Assembly (NCBI GenBank): GCA_964187785.1
Contig: OZ076409.1
Span: 27,220,001-27,284,000, forward strand
Direction: 5' to 3'
DNA length: 64,000 bases
Origin: Amphiscolops sp. MND2022
Lineage: Eukaryota
In this document: piece after piece, positions 12,901 to 26,400 of the stretch
How the letters are laid out: the number at the start of each line of letters is the position of its first letter
Position numbering within the stretch: position 1 is the stretch's first letter
Made by a program: the position numbers and the translations under genes
The notes under the pieces: generated by a model
What the model was told of the DNA's origin: nothing
The model's database searches: none
What the model saw: the letters and a program-made list of their open reading frames with translations, nothing else

Positions 12901-14163
12901 ACTTTAACGAGCAGTTGGAAGCAAGCACAACAGCTCTTCCATCAGTTTTGGAATCATTTCCTGAAAGAATATATGCCTACACTCCTCAAGCGTGGCAAAT
13001 GGTCCATTCCAACTCCAAATGTGCAGCCTGGCGACTTGGTTTGGTTTCTAGATTTTACACCACGTGGGTTATGGCCAATGGCAAGAGTCGACAAAGTGTT
13101 TGTGGGGGCGGATGGAGTCGTGCGATCTTGCAGACTCAAAACGACCTATAACTACATTCACAGATCAGTCATAAAGTTGTCAAAACTTCTTGTTGACTTC
13201 GTAATTAAAACTTGAAACTTCCCGTTAATTTTGCGTGTGTCAATTGTTCCACTTTTCAGTTTTTATTTTTCGAATTGCTCATTTCAAGTTCTGCTTAGTG
13301 AATTTATTCGAAATTTAATCTTTGCGTCTTTGCAAGATGTAGAAACGAAATTCAAGAAAAGAGAAAGAGGAAACTAATTCCTCAGGTAAATATATTTCGA
13401 AACTGTCCCCTCTGTGTTACCCCTCCTCTAATCTCATTACTCTTATAAAATATATATACTTTATACAATATTAGGTAATTTACTGGCCTCAACCTTTTTC
13501 TAATTTCAGTCAGTGTTTCCGGGCATTTCCTGACCAATCATTTTATGGCCACTGTCCCCACGACTGCTATGATGAATTCATCCATTATGCGAGGTCAGTA
13601 AAATATTTTTGGCGCCCAACGTGAAAAGTCGATCGCATTATTCGTGTCTGATACCACGTTGGTTTTAATTCGTTTCATCTCTGGGATTCTTCTTTCCACT
13701 TGTTCCAATGTTCGTTACGTCTCTTGTTCATCCGTCGTCAATGTTTCGTTTGAACTAATCGAACAACTTTGAGGAGTATAAACTTCTGTTCTACCTACTT
13801 TTTCATTCGTTTCGTTGTTTCGCAATTGTGACGTTATTATCATCTTTTTCGTCTTTCATTATGTTTATCATCGGAGACAGCTGTCTTTATAATATCCTAA
13901 AGTCGAAGTCCATCCCTCATTCCTTTCGTCATTCACTCTCCAAAAGATCCTCTGCACTACGAGGACTCAGTTTTAATCCTTCTTCGAATTATCTCATTAC
14001 TCTTATATAATATATATACTTCATACAATATTAGGTAATTTTCTGGCCTCAACCTTTTTCTAATTTCAGTCAGTGTTTCCGGGCATTTACTGACCAATCA
14101 TTTCATGGCCACTGTCCGCACGACTGCTACGCCGAACTTATTCATTATGTGAGGTCAGTAACA
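6946..14163 (+). mobile_element. Decayed BEL/Pao LTR retrotransposon with an extra internal LTR plus leader copy
   Basis: TGTT...AACA termini; 5-bp TSD ACTGC (6941-6945, 14164-14168). 5' LTR 6946-7364, second LTR ~13254-13603, partial terminal LTR 13991-14163. tRNA-Lys-like PBS TGGCGCCCAAC at 7371 and 13610. Confidence 0.92.
8311..13215 (+). pseudogene. Fragmented BEL/Pao gag-pol
   Basis: Frameshifted fragments: gag (ALSRLKSTYGKP), RT (ADIEAMFMQV, FGATNSP, YMDD; 10466-10831), Pao RNase H (IFSDA, GKARGAP, NLEL), integrase (YSDNAT, PSSPHFGG) and the C-terminal DUF5641-like GDLVW...WPMARV..GADG. Confidence 0.9.
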
Positions 14164-17100
14164 ACTGCCATTACGGTAACCCAAGGCACAAACTGTCATG
14201 TTTTAACTGTTTTGTCTTGTTCATGGCATTCCGTGGATTTCAAGTATCAAAAAACTCAACAATTGCTAAAAAACTGTTTTCTCTTTGAACCCTTTGAAAT
14301 CTGATGTTCACGGTGTCGTTCAAATTTTCGAAACGACCAAGAAATTTTAAAATTTTGCATAAAATTTCAAAGCGCTTCCACAACTTTCTCCAGTTCCTCT
14401 TCTGAAAATCTGTTTCAATGCTGCGTTCGATAGATTTTTCAAGTTGCGAAAACTTTCCCAAACTTGCCGAAATTGGGAGAAGGTTGTGGAAGAACTTTAC
14501 TTGACTTTTGTCATTTTGGCCACTTTGAGGTTTGTTGCAGACAAAAAGTTTCAATTCTTTTCGAAAAAGTGAAAATGTTTTTGGGTATTGAAATGTTTAT
14601 TGTTTCATTGTTGTGGTCAGTGGATGGATGTTCTAACCTACGAACTGGTCCATAAAATTAACAAAACGTGAAAATAAATTGTTGAAAATTGTGTAGTTTT
14701 GGAGTTTTGGCTTGTGTAATTTTGAGGCTTTTCTCTATGAAGAAACTGCAAATATATTTTAAGGAAGCCTATTAGATGGCTGGTTTCGTGGTCGTTGAAC
14801 GATTGAAACATTCTTAACCTCAAATATTCTCAAAAAGTTCTCAAAAATTTATCAAACGATCAAATTTAAAAAAAACGGACTACTCGAGTGTTTCAGGGTC
14901 ATTAGTAGGTTTTTCTCGTCAAATTTCAAAAAAGCATATTGCGTAGCCAGTTTTTCCGTCGTTGAGCTCTTGAACATTTCAATCCTCAAAATCATCCCGA
15001 AATGGCTTCAAAATGGAAGAGATATGGTTAAAAAATATAGGATTTTTTGTTGATTTAGGGGTCTGTATGAGGTATTTTCTAGCAAAAAAACTGCGAAACT
15101 CTCCGCAAAAAAACGTATTGTATAGTTAGTTCTTTCTAGGATTTGTTTCCTACTTTCTAATCCGCAAGATCTCACAATTTAGGAATTTTAAAATGTCATT
15201 TTGGTAATACTAAAAAAAATTCGTATTACACGAAACTATTCTATGGACGAGTTTCGTGTATGAAATTTTTGGAAACCGCGCGGCTGAGTAATTTTTTCCC
15301 ATCGGGAATTATGAGCGGACAATAAACATTCATCTAAATGGAAAATCTAGTTGAATTAGGCGTAGAATATCATTCCACCAGACATAAAACGATGTTTAAC
15401 CTAATCATTATATTCGGAAACTTGTCTAGAAATTTTCTCTGAAAATAAATACTTCAAAAATTTGAAGCATTGCAAAATGTCTGCAAGGATCTGTGGTAAC
15501 ATTACCTTGGGTTTCTCTGAAATCTGTCTATATTTTTGTCTGCAAAATTTTTCCATGATACATGATGACGATCTTACAAAATCATTGCAATGTAGCGACA
15601 AGCTGTTTTTTCGAAAAGTTTCGTTGACATGCTCGATGGTGACATTAAGGAACTTTCTGGAAATCTGGAGCAGAACAACGCAAATAAGACAGCGATGGGA
15701 AAAGTTTGGCGAAAGCTAGAAAGATTGACTTCTCGCGTTTTAATGCAACAGTTTTCGGAACTTCGTTCTTTAGCGCCTCAGTGGTCAATTGTATTCGATC
15801 TGTGTATAATGTCTATAGTGTTTTTCGGGTTAATTCTAGGAGGACCCGAATCCCCATGATTTCCGATTATCTGACCATTGCAATTTGATTTTTTTGGAGA
15901 TGTATACGCCTGTACCACGTGGAATTTTTTGTCATTACTTCTGTTTTTTGTAGTGTACTGTAACTAAGTGCCAGGTACCGGAAATTTTTGTAACCGTTTC
16001 CAAAGGCTACTTAAACGATGGATTTGTAATTGTATTGACTGGAGAGTGCAATACAGGGCGTTTTCGAAAGATCAAGAGGATTTTTTCACAGACCATATGC
16101 CTAGGCGTTCAGTGTCTATTAGTCCTGGACTTTACTGACTTACTAACTAATGTTTCGCAGTCACTGTAGCGTCCTGCGTATGGTTTACGTTACACAATGA
16201 AAGCAGAGATAATTGGCTCCCAACCAGAGATAATTCATGCTTCTTAAACACTTCGTCCTATTTTTGCCTAAGAAAATTATGTCAGTGTTACTGGTCTAAA
16301 TCCTAAAGTAAGTTCTAAATGAAGGGTAATTTTTAAACACTTCAATTCGAAAAGATTTGGTCCATGTTGAAACTTCATCAGAGTGCACTAAACAATCGTA
16401 GTAATGAATTATCATCCGCATTTGTCACTTTCTCTTCTTGGTTTTGTTTTCTGAAACACAAAATGTCACTAAAACAGTAAAAGATATGCAGCTACGAAAG
16501 AAGTTCTAGAAGGCACACTTTACAACCTCACTCTCTACTGGAATGTTTCTCGAGATCTTAGTGAGGAGGTATTGACGAAGTGTAGGTTACTGGAGAAACT
16601 GGATAATTTTTGAGTGAGCATAACTAAAAGTGAGTGAGAAGAATTGATAACTCGAAAGAATTGACTCGAAACTGGGCAGTGGTGATCGGTTTTGACTTTT
16701 AGTAATTACTTAAACTCATGATTGATCATCATTTGTGTGATTTGAGTCAATTCGCTCTTAAGAGCTAAGTACGTCACGAAACCATTGGGGGATATGGGTA
16801 CCAAAAACTGCCAGTGAAAATAGTTCTCGCTGGATACTGAAACTGGTGGACAGAGAAACAAAGGAGTGCCATTCCTAATAGGTCAAAGTATCCTTGTCTG
16901 CCAATTTCGAGGGGAATTGAGAAGAAAAACAAAAATAATTCAGTATAAAGGTAATTTCAGTTTCGCTCTCGGGTTTGAACAGCTGAAGAAATGGAAAACT
17001 GTCATTTTTATGAGTGACAGTTCTGCAAGTAAGTTTTTGTAGTCACAAAACCAGCGCCAATTGCTGCATAAAATGGTTCTTCGAAATAGTAAAGAAGGTA

Positions 17101-17410
17101 CACTCTTTTTCAATAGACCTATTGTTCACTTATTTAAGGTTGCCGGGTAGTAAACAAACATGGTACTGGAGATTGTGGGGACGAAATGGTCATTAAATAC
17201 AAAAATGAAGCATTTTTATATTTCTTTTGCACTCAATTAAACCAATAATGTAAAGGAAGATCTAAAATTTCGCATGAGCACACTTGGTATTTTATCCGGC
17301 ATTGAAACTTTGGCTAAAGTAATGAAATTTCTTCGAAACATGATGTTTCTCAATGCTAATCTTACTTGACCTGGTCCAAACTCGTCTAATATCTTTGACC
17401 TTTACACGAA

Positions 17411-20400
17411 TCAACCTGAAACAAAACCAAATGATATCATAGTGCACACGGCCTATAGAATTTGAAACAATGAGCGACAAAAATCGCCATTTGTTATTTG
17501 TGTCAAAAACTCCCTCTTATTTTACTACTTGAACAATTTTCATTTCTATCACAAATTTAACAATTTTTCATCTGACAATTTTATACTAATCTTTTTCTAC
17601 AACTTTGCTTATTTTTGTTTCTGTCGCTCAGTATAATGTGTGAATAGAGGAGACAAACCAACAGCTGAGTACTTACTTACTATGACCCTTTTTGTGTTTG
17701 CTGCTCAGCAGAGTCGCTTCCTCTTCTTCCTCCAAAGTGTTCTCCGTGGGGACAGTCTTAGTTGTTACAGTGCCACTGGTTCTCTCTGTCCCTGTGCCCA
17801 TTCCTGTTGCAAGAGAACAACTTAAATCAATTTAAACGTTTTATAATGAAACATGACGCAAGCTGACCAGCAGGATATTTTCCGTCCAAACTGTTCTAGC
17901 AATGAATGACATATGTACGAGACTCAAAAGAAGCCATTGCTATATGAAAACGCAAATAGTTTGATGAAAAGAGGTTTGACACTTTTTGAATAATGTCATC
18001 CCGTTGCAGAAGGAAACATTTTGAGAACACACCGAACACCTAATTGCTTTTTGTCGGCTTGTGGCGATTCTGACGAACTTTTTAAATACAAAATTCTGAA
18101 TTAATTTTTTAGAACATTCTGCATGCATATTTAAAAACTTTAGGTTTTAGGAAAAACATGAAATTTCAGTAACTTTTATTAAAAATTCACTAAGTCTCAA
18201 ACAACTGCCAAATTTTTTTTCTTGACAATTTTGGTGTTATTTTGAGGTTCTTTTCTAGCGTGAAACTGCAATTGACCTTCGAAAAGCATACTAAAACGCA
18301 TTTTTTCGCTGTTAAACGTTTTCATTCTTCCAACAATGGAAACATCCCAAAAAACTTAGAACTTTGCATAAGAAACGTTGAACTTGGATTTTTTAACTTC
18401 CGACTCATCGGGGTCAGTTTAAAAGTGATTTTGAAGCAAAATACTGCAACTCTCTCTTCAAATTAGCATACTTTATAGCTATTTGGATCATGTTTGAGTG
18501 TTTTAATTTTTGTAAGTCACACAATTTTTCAAAAATTATACACAAATTGCAAAAAAAAACGACAATCAGGAAAGACTTGCGTTTCGATAATTTGGGGTGA
18601 AATTGAGGCATGTTTCCTTTAATAACTTGCACTTATTTTTTCAAAAAAAATTACTGCACAATCTTTTCAAATGCGAATTCAATGTTTCAAAGTTCTAATT
18701 TACGAAATCTTTCAAAACTTTGAAAGGAAATGGGTTAAAAAGTCCAAATATTTTGAAAATTTTTGATTTTTTTGGTTATTCTGGGGTCATTTTGGGGCTC
18801 TTTTCGAACATGAAACTGCAATTAATTTTCAGATAGTATACTCTTTTTTGCATTTGTTTGGTAATGAATGTTGTATTCTTCTAATATACGAAATTTATGA
18901 AACTTCCAACAAAATTCGTTATTCGGAAAAGTTTTGGATTTTCTACTCATTGGGTCATTCTGAGATAATGTTCTTCGAAGTTTTCCTTTGAAAAGCGTAC
19001 TAAAATATCTTGATAACTTGTCTGGAGCTTTAGAACCATCTAGTTTACGAAACGTTTCACAAACAATCGCTGAAATTGTCAAAAAAAGGACAGTTTTGAC
19101 TTTTTGTATTTTTGTCGGCTCATGTTGAGACAATTTCCGAACACAAATCAGCAAACACCTTCAACAAAAACTAACTGTATATCAACTGCATTTGTTGTTA
19201 TTATTCTATTTTATTCACATTAAAATATTTTATTTATATCTATATATTTTATTATTCTAACCCTCCAAACGTTTCGAACAAATTAAAGACTTAGCACAGA
19301 AACCTTTGAAAATTCAATTCTTCTACGTTTTAGCCCACTTGTGTCGTTTTGAAGTATTCCTGAAGAAAACAATGTCTTCTTCTCATTGAAAGTGGAAACT
19401 ACATACCTGATTCTTTCGCCTTTGATTGTTTTGAAACTTCTAACTCACAAAAATTCTCGGAAAATGTATTCTAATAACATGAAGCTGCTACATAAACTGG
19501 CAATTTGTGGACTTTTCGACATTTTTGTGTCATCTTAGAGCACATTTTCGTTAGAAACTGGCATTATTCCATCAAAAACCTACTAGACAACGCACTAAGG
19601 TGTTGTTGAACAGTTTGAGAGTATAGTTCGTGGAAAGTGAAAATTTCACAAAAGTTTCCTTTGGAAAATTGAAAATTGTAGCAATAAAAATATTTTGACT
19701 ATTTTGGGGGCATTGTGGTGTTAAACGTTTCCAACGTTCTGATTCATGATATCTCTTGAAAATTTGACAAAAACTGCATAAAATGTGAAAAATCGATACG
19801 TTTCGCAGTTTTTGTCATTTTTGGTCGCAAGTTCTGCCTTTTTTCATTAGAAAAGGGCATTTTTTTAAATGAAGCCTCCTGGACGTCGTTAAAATTGTAA
19901 GCCACCATCTCTTTTTATAAATAGAATAAAATTTCATGAAAACTTTTAAAGTCTGAATTTTTGGATTTTTTTCAATTTCGGTCTGAATTTGAGGCATTTT
20001 TTTGAAACAAATTGCTTTTATCTCTTCGAACAAGCCTCCTTGACAACGAATTGTTGCCTTGTTGAACGCCTCTAACCTTCTAAGCCACCAAGTGTTTCGA
20101 AAAGACAAAAATTGCATGAAATTTTCAAAAATCTGTATTTTTTGTACTTTTTGTCAATTTCGGTCTAAATTTGAGGCCTTTATTTTCATAACAAATAGTA
20201 TTTATCGCTTCGAAGATTTAGGGCACCTGCATTAATTCGCTTCTGCGTTTAGGGCACAAGATGTATGTGACTATAGCTTACTACGTTATCGTAATTTTCT
20301 AGAGGCGTTATTTCATCTTGGGCGTTTTTCCTTTTTTTTGCGTGGGGTGTACTGAATACTTTTGACTTAACTGTCCTTACCTGTTCCTCCCGTGTCTCCC

Positions 20401-23400
20401 TCACTCTTGCTAGTCTCTCCCATCGAGGGCTCGGAGCTCCTCTTGGCTCCACTCACAAGGGGAGTCTCGTCTTTGGGGACCACATTAAGGCGCTTCCTGC
20501 TCCAGTATTCGCTGTCTTCTTTCTGGAACTCAAAGCATTCAATCAATCAAACTATTCCAAAATAAATGCGTCTTTCTAAACTCTCCATTGGTTTTTAAAT
20601 TGTGATACTGGATAAAACTCATAAGAGCACTCACAAAGCCACCAAGTAGCGCAAATAACGTCTAAAAGTGTTTCGGGAATAACGTCTAAATGAATAACGT
20701 CTAAAATTCTATGCTTTGACATAAGGTATGAGCATGATTTGGCTTTAGACGTTATTCCCGTTTTGCATTTAGACGTTATTCCTTAGACGTTATTCCCGCT
20801 CTCCTCACGCAAAGTCTATTGATGGAGTATAATGGAAACAATGTAAACTTGTACTCAATCTTAACAATGAAAACTGTTACCTAAATTGATTGACATTCAT
20901 ATAATTGCTTTGCATATTGTTTTGTGTTAACTAGCTATATATTATTCAAATGTATTTCATCTGCATCAGTGAAAAAAGATTGAGTTAAAGATCAAATTCA
21001 TGTTCTTCTCAATTCCAATATGAACATTGAAAACGAATCAAAGATGGCTATCCAGGTGACCGAGAATCAGCCAACAAACTGGAGAGTTGCAGTACCAATT
21101 CAACAAGTAACCAAATAATCGTGGATCAGTCAACGATATCTCGACTAAGACGGTAAAACGGTCCAACAGGCAGAGTTTAACCATTCGTGCCTGGAGAATC
21201 TCGACGTAAGCAGTGCGGATATCTGGTGGGAAGGATTTGTCCAATATGTCAGTATGCCTCAATACATAGACTAAACGGTCATGTCCAACGACCGAGAGAT
21301 TCTGGGCGAACACCGTCAACGACTGAACGAAGAAATAGAAGAAATTATTCGTATAGAACGTTAAACAACAAAACAACCATATATTTTTGAAATGACCAGA
21401 ACCGTAAGAGTAAATGTCTACTTCATTGCCATTAGAACAACTATATTTCGTCTTCACATCACCACGGAAAAAAAACAAACGTCACAACACAACTGATTTT
21501 TTAGGTATGGAAAGAGACCCGTGTAATAAACCTGCCATATCAGGAAGAGATAGCTGGAAGTAGCAAAGCAATGTGAATTCGAATAAATTACGCCAGCAGA
21601 AAGACAGGCCTCAAACTTCACAGTAAATCAACCAGAGACATCACTTTTCAAAAAAGCGAATATAGAAAAGCGACATAAAAATTGGACCAATAACCGAGGC
21701 AATGCATCATTAGATTGAAGCAATGTATGGGAAATCGAACAAACCAACAAACAGCGAAGAAACAAAAGTCAAGCACGTAACTGAAAGGATGAGAGAAGTA
21801 CCAACCGAAAGGAACCATTCAAGAGCAATTAGAAAACATCCGATTGAAAAATTTGTAGAGGACTGAACAGGAAGAAAGCACATACTTCTCCGGCAAATAC
21901 ACAAAAGTGCACGAAGTGCCGTAAACTCGCAGAGAAGGTAAACAATTTTTTTCTAAAAAGAAGCCAGAATTGAAGATATTTGGTCACCGTGAAGGCGGAA
22001 AGTTCACGAACTATTACTTTTTCGTGAAAGGCTTTCATAGTCTCGTCGACATCGCGACTATCGTTCGAAAAAAATGTGTAAAACTCTCAAAAACAAACAT
22101 TCAGCATGACTGCATGACATCATATGAGTTACCAAAGGCTCAAAAAGTAGTCCACTAAATACAACTTTATGTCACGATGAAAGAATGGAGGATGCAGGAT
22201 ATCGCCTGTTCGAAAGTGAGCTATTCCGCAGCGAGGATGATGAATCCGCCACAAATTCGAACAGAACAAAAACAAGCGATTACAAGACAATTCAGCAGCG
22301 ATAAACAATCTGAAACAACCACAAAATGAAAAAAATTGGAAACTGTTCCTTGGAGCAATTCAATTATCATCGAATATAACAGAAATCTCACAGCAAGAAC
22401 ATATGACTAACGAAAAATATTCAGGAAGAACACATCGTGAATTTGGACTGGAGAACATTCACAAGCATTTGACCATTTCAAAAAGATCAGTGCAAACTTG
22501 TACTCAATCTTTCTTGATCATCAAAACTGTCTCCTGACTTGATTGACATACATGTAATTGATCTGTATGTTCTTTTGCATGGTTACATGCCATTTCGTTC
22601 TATACACTTTCAACCTATGCAATTTCACCCGCTCAAAATTTCAACCTATTGTACTTTCAACCGTCCGCAATTTCGATTATACTAATTCTGCCCAATGGAT
22701 TCTATTAGTTATATAATTATTCGAGGTAGTTTTCATTTTCATATTCATTTTCATTTCTAAATCTAAATGCGCTAATATTTACACCATTTTTGATACGTTT
22801 TGGCTTTATATGAATAATTACCAATAATTAAAGCTGTTTCATTCAATACCAACTATTATAATGAAATAATAGCTCAACCGAATTAAGGCAAGATAGGTTG
22901 AAATTGCGAGCGGTTGAAATGGCAACAGTTGAGATTGCATAAGTTGAAAGTGTATAACCTGATAATCTTTTGCATTAAGTACCTGTTAGGTCTACATCAG
23001 TTGAATGCAGGGATGAAGGCTTTATGCGGATTTTATATTTCTGAGAAATATGCGTGAATATGCTGAAATATGCGCCGCATAAAGCCTTCATCCCTGCATT
23101 CAGTTGATGTAGACCTAACAGGTACTTAATGCAACACTTAATTGCAACAACTTTTGCATTAAGTACCTGTTAGGTCTACATCAGTTGACTGCAGGGATGA
23201 AGGCTTTATGCGGCGCATATTTCAGCATATTCACGCATATTTCTCAGAAATATAGAATCCGCATAAGTTCCCGCATATACTAGCGTGCGTACACATAGAA
23301 TAGCCAAATGCTATGCGGCTTCCTATTGGCTAACAAGATCTTTGTTGGCCGGTTATCATTTTAGTTAGTTGGTTCAGAGAATTCACGTAGATTTGGCGCT

Positions 23401-26400
23401 CATTTCAATAGAAAACTAAACGAAATAATTTGTCTTGGCGGCAATTTTCGTGCTCAATATGTGTCTGTTCATGCCTCTAACATGTCGGCTAAGCAAAGAA
23501 TACTTGAGAAAGATAATTTTCTCCGATATTATAAGGATGGAGATGCCTTGTTCTGCCGTATCTGTCTTTCATATGTTGACCATTCCCGCCAATCGTTATG
23601 CGATCAACATTTACGTGACTGGGCTAAGACTCAATCGGAAATTCCTCAACTCAGAGCGGAAGGTGTACCAAGATACTCTGGACATTTTCCAATCCTGTCT
23701 AAGTTTGGGTGTATTAATGCACCCTGAACTTGTAAGATTGAGAGTTGAACTGGATAATCAATCAAGCCGGGAAGGGCCCAAGTCGGCGCCATATCTAAGG
23801 CTCAAAAATAGCAAAATAATTTCAAAGTGTCAAGTATTCCCTTCTACAGTACCCTCGTGAGGAAAAGAATGAAAAAAATCCATTTTTTTGGAAAACTTTT
23901 TCGAAAATTTTTAGTCTCCGGTAAGTCGCATAGTGCCGAAAAATGTGAAAGGGGGGCCTTTGGAAGTTTTTGAACAACCATTCTTTTGCAAAACAGAAAA
24001 AATGGAGGGATCCCTTGGAGACGTTAAAAAAATTTGCGAAAAAAAGCCTCAAGGCCGAGAAAAAACCTGCACAAAAAATTTTGGTCGTAGGCGGGACACG
24101 AACCCACGTCCTTCTGCTTGGCAGACCTCAAAAAACCTACTTAAACTTTATGCCAAGTGCAGTAGTCTCTATGCAGCTAGTGGAAGCCAGCTTATGAAGC
24201 TTAAAAAATCTGTCACTTCGTTGGTCTTAAAAAAGAAAAGTCATTTCTATAGTCTGCATTTTAATACGAAACGCGCCGACTATAAAAACATTGGAGATCT
24301 CGATCTTCTCAATAGTATACTCAATTATCCGATGGTATCGGCGGATTCGAGAATCTTTTCAAATCTTGTCGTACAAATCACTGAGGCAGCAGTTGACTCT
24401 GGCCGCACGTTTCTGAAAAATGTTAGTTTCTTCAACCCTGGAAAGTGCCTGGCGATAACTCATCCTATCAATCTCAGCATTCACCCTATCAATCTCAGCA
24501 TCGATGAAATCCTTTCTGGAGAGCTGATTTTGTACAGAGAGAATGCCCAAGAGTTTGAACCACGCGATGCTACACCTACTTCAAGAAGAGATTCTCTTGA
24601 GCAGCAGCTCATCGACATCAAAAACTTTCGAATATGTAATAGGGATGTGCTTCCAAATTTATGTGAACTTGCCATTGATCCTGTGCTTTACTTCAGCCGG
24701 TTGAACGCAGCTTCAGCAGTTCCAACACGCTGTCTTCTAGTGAACGAAACCGAATGTCACCAGAGACCATTAACATGTTGCTCTTTCTATATTTCAATCT
24801 TAATGCTAAATTAGATTGAATATTTTGTAATGTCTCGTAATAAACCTTGAAAGGTCACGGTGTTTTATTGAATAGAGCCCCAAATCCCCCCACATGTTCC
24901 AGTTATACAAAATTGCAGCATTATTAAAAGAATTTGGCGCATAAACAGCAAAAACGTCCGCATATGCGCTACGCATATTTTTGGAAAATTTACCGCATTA
25001 ACCCTTCATCCCTGGTTGAATGCAATCAACTGTATTAGTAGAAAACGAATCCAGTTAGAGATTAGTGAAAATTCATCTTCATCCCAAATATAACAATTAG
25101 CTGAGTCGCATGTGCGGTAAAGGTATCGGAAACGGATTGAAATATTGAAACCAAGGTACTTGATTATATTGGCCATTTTTGGGAAAAGTTTTTGAGAAAA
25201 TCAAAAGTCCGAAAATGGCTGTTTTTTGGTCATTTTAGACTCGTTTTGGCTATGTTTCTCAGATCCCAGTCATGCGATTTTCATGTCATTGCACACAGAG
25301 GACCCTATTATGGTGTAGAATGATTGTGAAATATTTCGTTCGAATCGTATGAAAAGTTTTTGAGAAAAACAATTCGAAACTCGCTATTTTTGGTCATTTT
25401 GGACTTGTTTTGGCTATGTATGTTTCTCAGATCCTAATCATTTAATTTTGATGCGCACGCAGAAGCACCTTTCGGTGCAGAATGACTGCTTCTGTATTGT
25501 ATGGACAATTTTTGAGGAATTTCAAATTTTGATTGAAAGGTGGGGAAAAAGGTACGATTGCATAAGTAGTCGAAAACTTTTTCCGACTCCTAAATCTGTT
25601 TGAAAAATGTTTCCAGATTGGCCTGATTTTTCTTCGCTTATCAAGGGTTCTTAGCGGACAATAACTTTGTGATTTTGTATAAAATCCAATAAAATCATTG
25701 CAAATGAGGGCTGTTTACAGTTTACGTAACCTAAAAGCGGTACTAAGAAGTGGTTTCCCTTTTATGAAAAAATTCATTCATCAAATTTCATGATAGCTCA
25801 AGGAACACCAAGGGAAGGTACATAATAATGAACTTACTCCAGGAGTGTTTTCATATTTCTTGGTGTCTCCAGTTGACAATGAAGTTGGCGCAGATTCTAA
25901 AAATGAAATAGAAAAACTTCTTCCAGCTCTCAATTACATTGGAACTTGTCTAACATTGAAATCAATTCTCCTAATTTAAAGAAGTGGAGTTTTCATTTTC
26001 ATAATTGGAGTCAGATGCTTACATGACAGAAAAAAGGACAAATATTGTTGCTGACTTGTTATTTTATTGAGGAGCAGTTTATATAAAAATGCAGAAATTT
26101 CGGAAAACACTTTAACTTCAGAAAAACTTTTGGTTCTGACACCTTTTTTCAAATTCATAACCAAAGAACAAAACAGCTTTAAAACAGTTTCCTGGTAGAA
26201 TCAACTGTGCTCAACTATTCATTTTCACAAAATTTTAGCTAATCAAAGCTTTCAATGAGCTATAAAAAGGTCAAAAAGGTCATCAGTTGACGTGTACCTG
26301 GTATGTCATCGGCTGTCAAGGTGGTTGTGGCAAAAGCAGATTCGTCCTCGTCGTAAGTGGTCGTGGCCTCCGCGGACGGATTGACGACGGTGGCACTGGG

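Noticed and set aside
14240..19200. Short ORFs in the AT-rich region
   Set aside because: No recognisable domains. The region looks like decayed interspersed repeats and intron/UTR sequence apart from the exons listed.
20262..20587. Solo LTR (TGT...CCA, AATAAA)
   Set aside because: No TSD or second copy; the GC-richer core is better explained as host exon 20522-20381, which fits the phase chain.
20840..22590. Old element with ~70-bp direct repeats (aaacttgtactcaatctt...) at ~20846 and ~22494 and possible integrase remnants
   Set aside because: Too decayed: no confident motif, termini or TSD could be established by eye.
23933..24814. 293-aa ORF as a gene
   Set aside because: Chance fusion of HINE sequence with a hAT transposase remnant. 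The same applies to ORFs 29629-30241 and 43112-43542.
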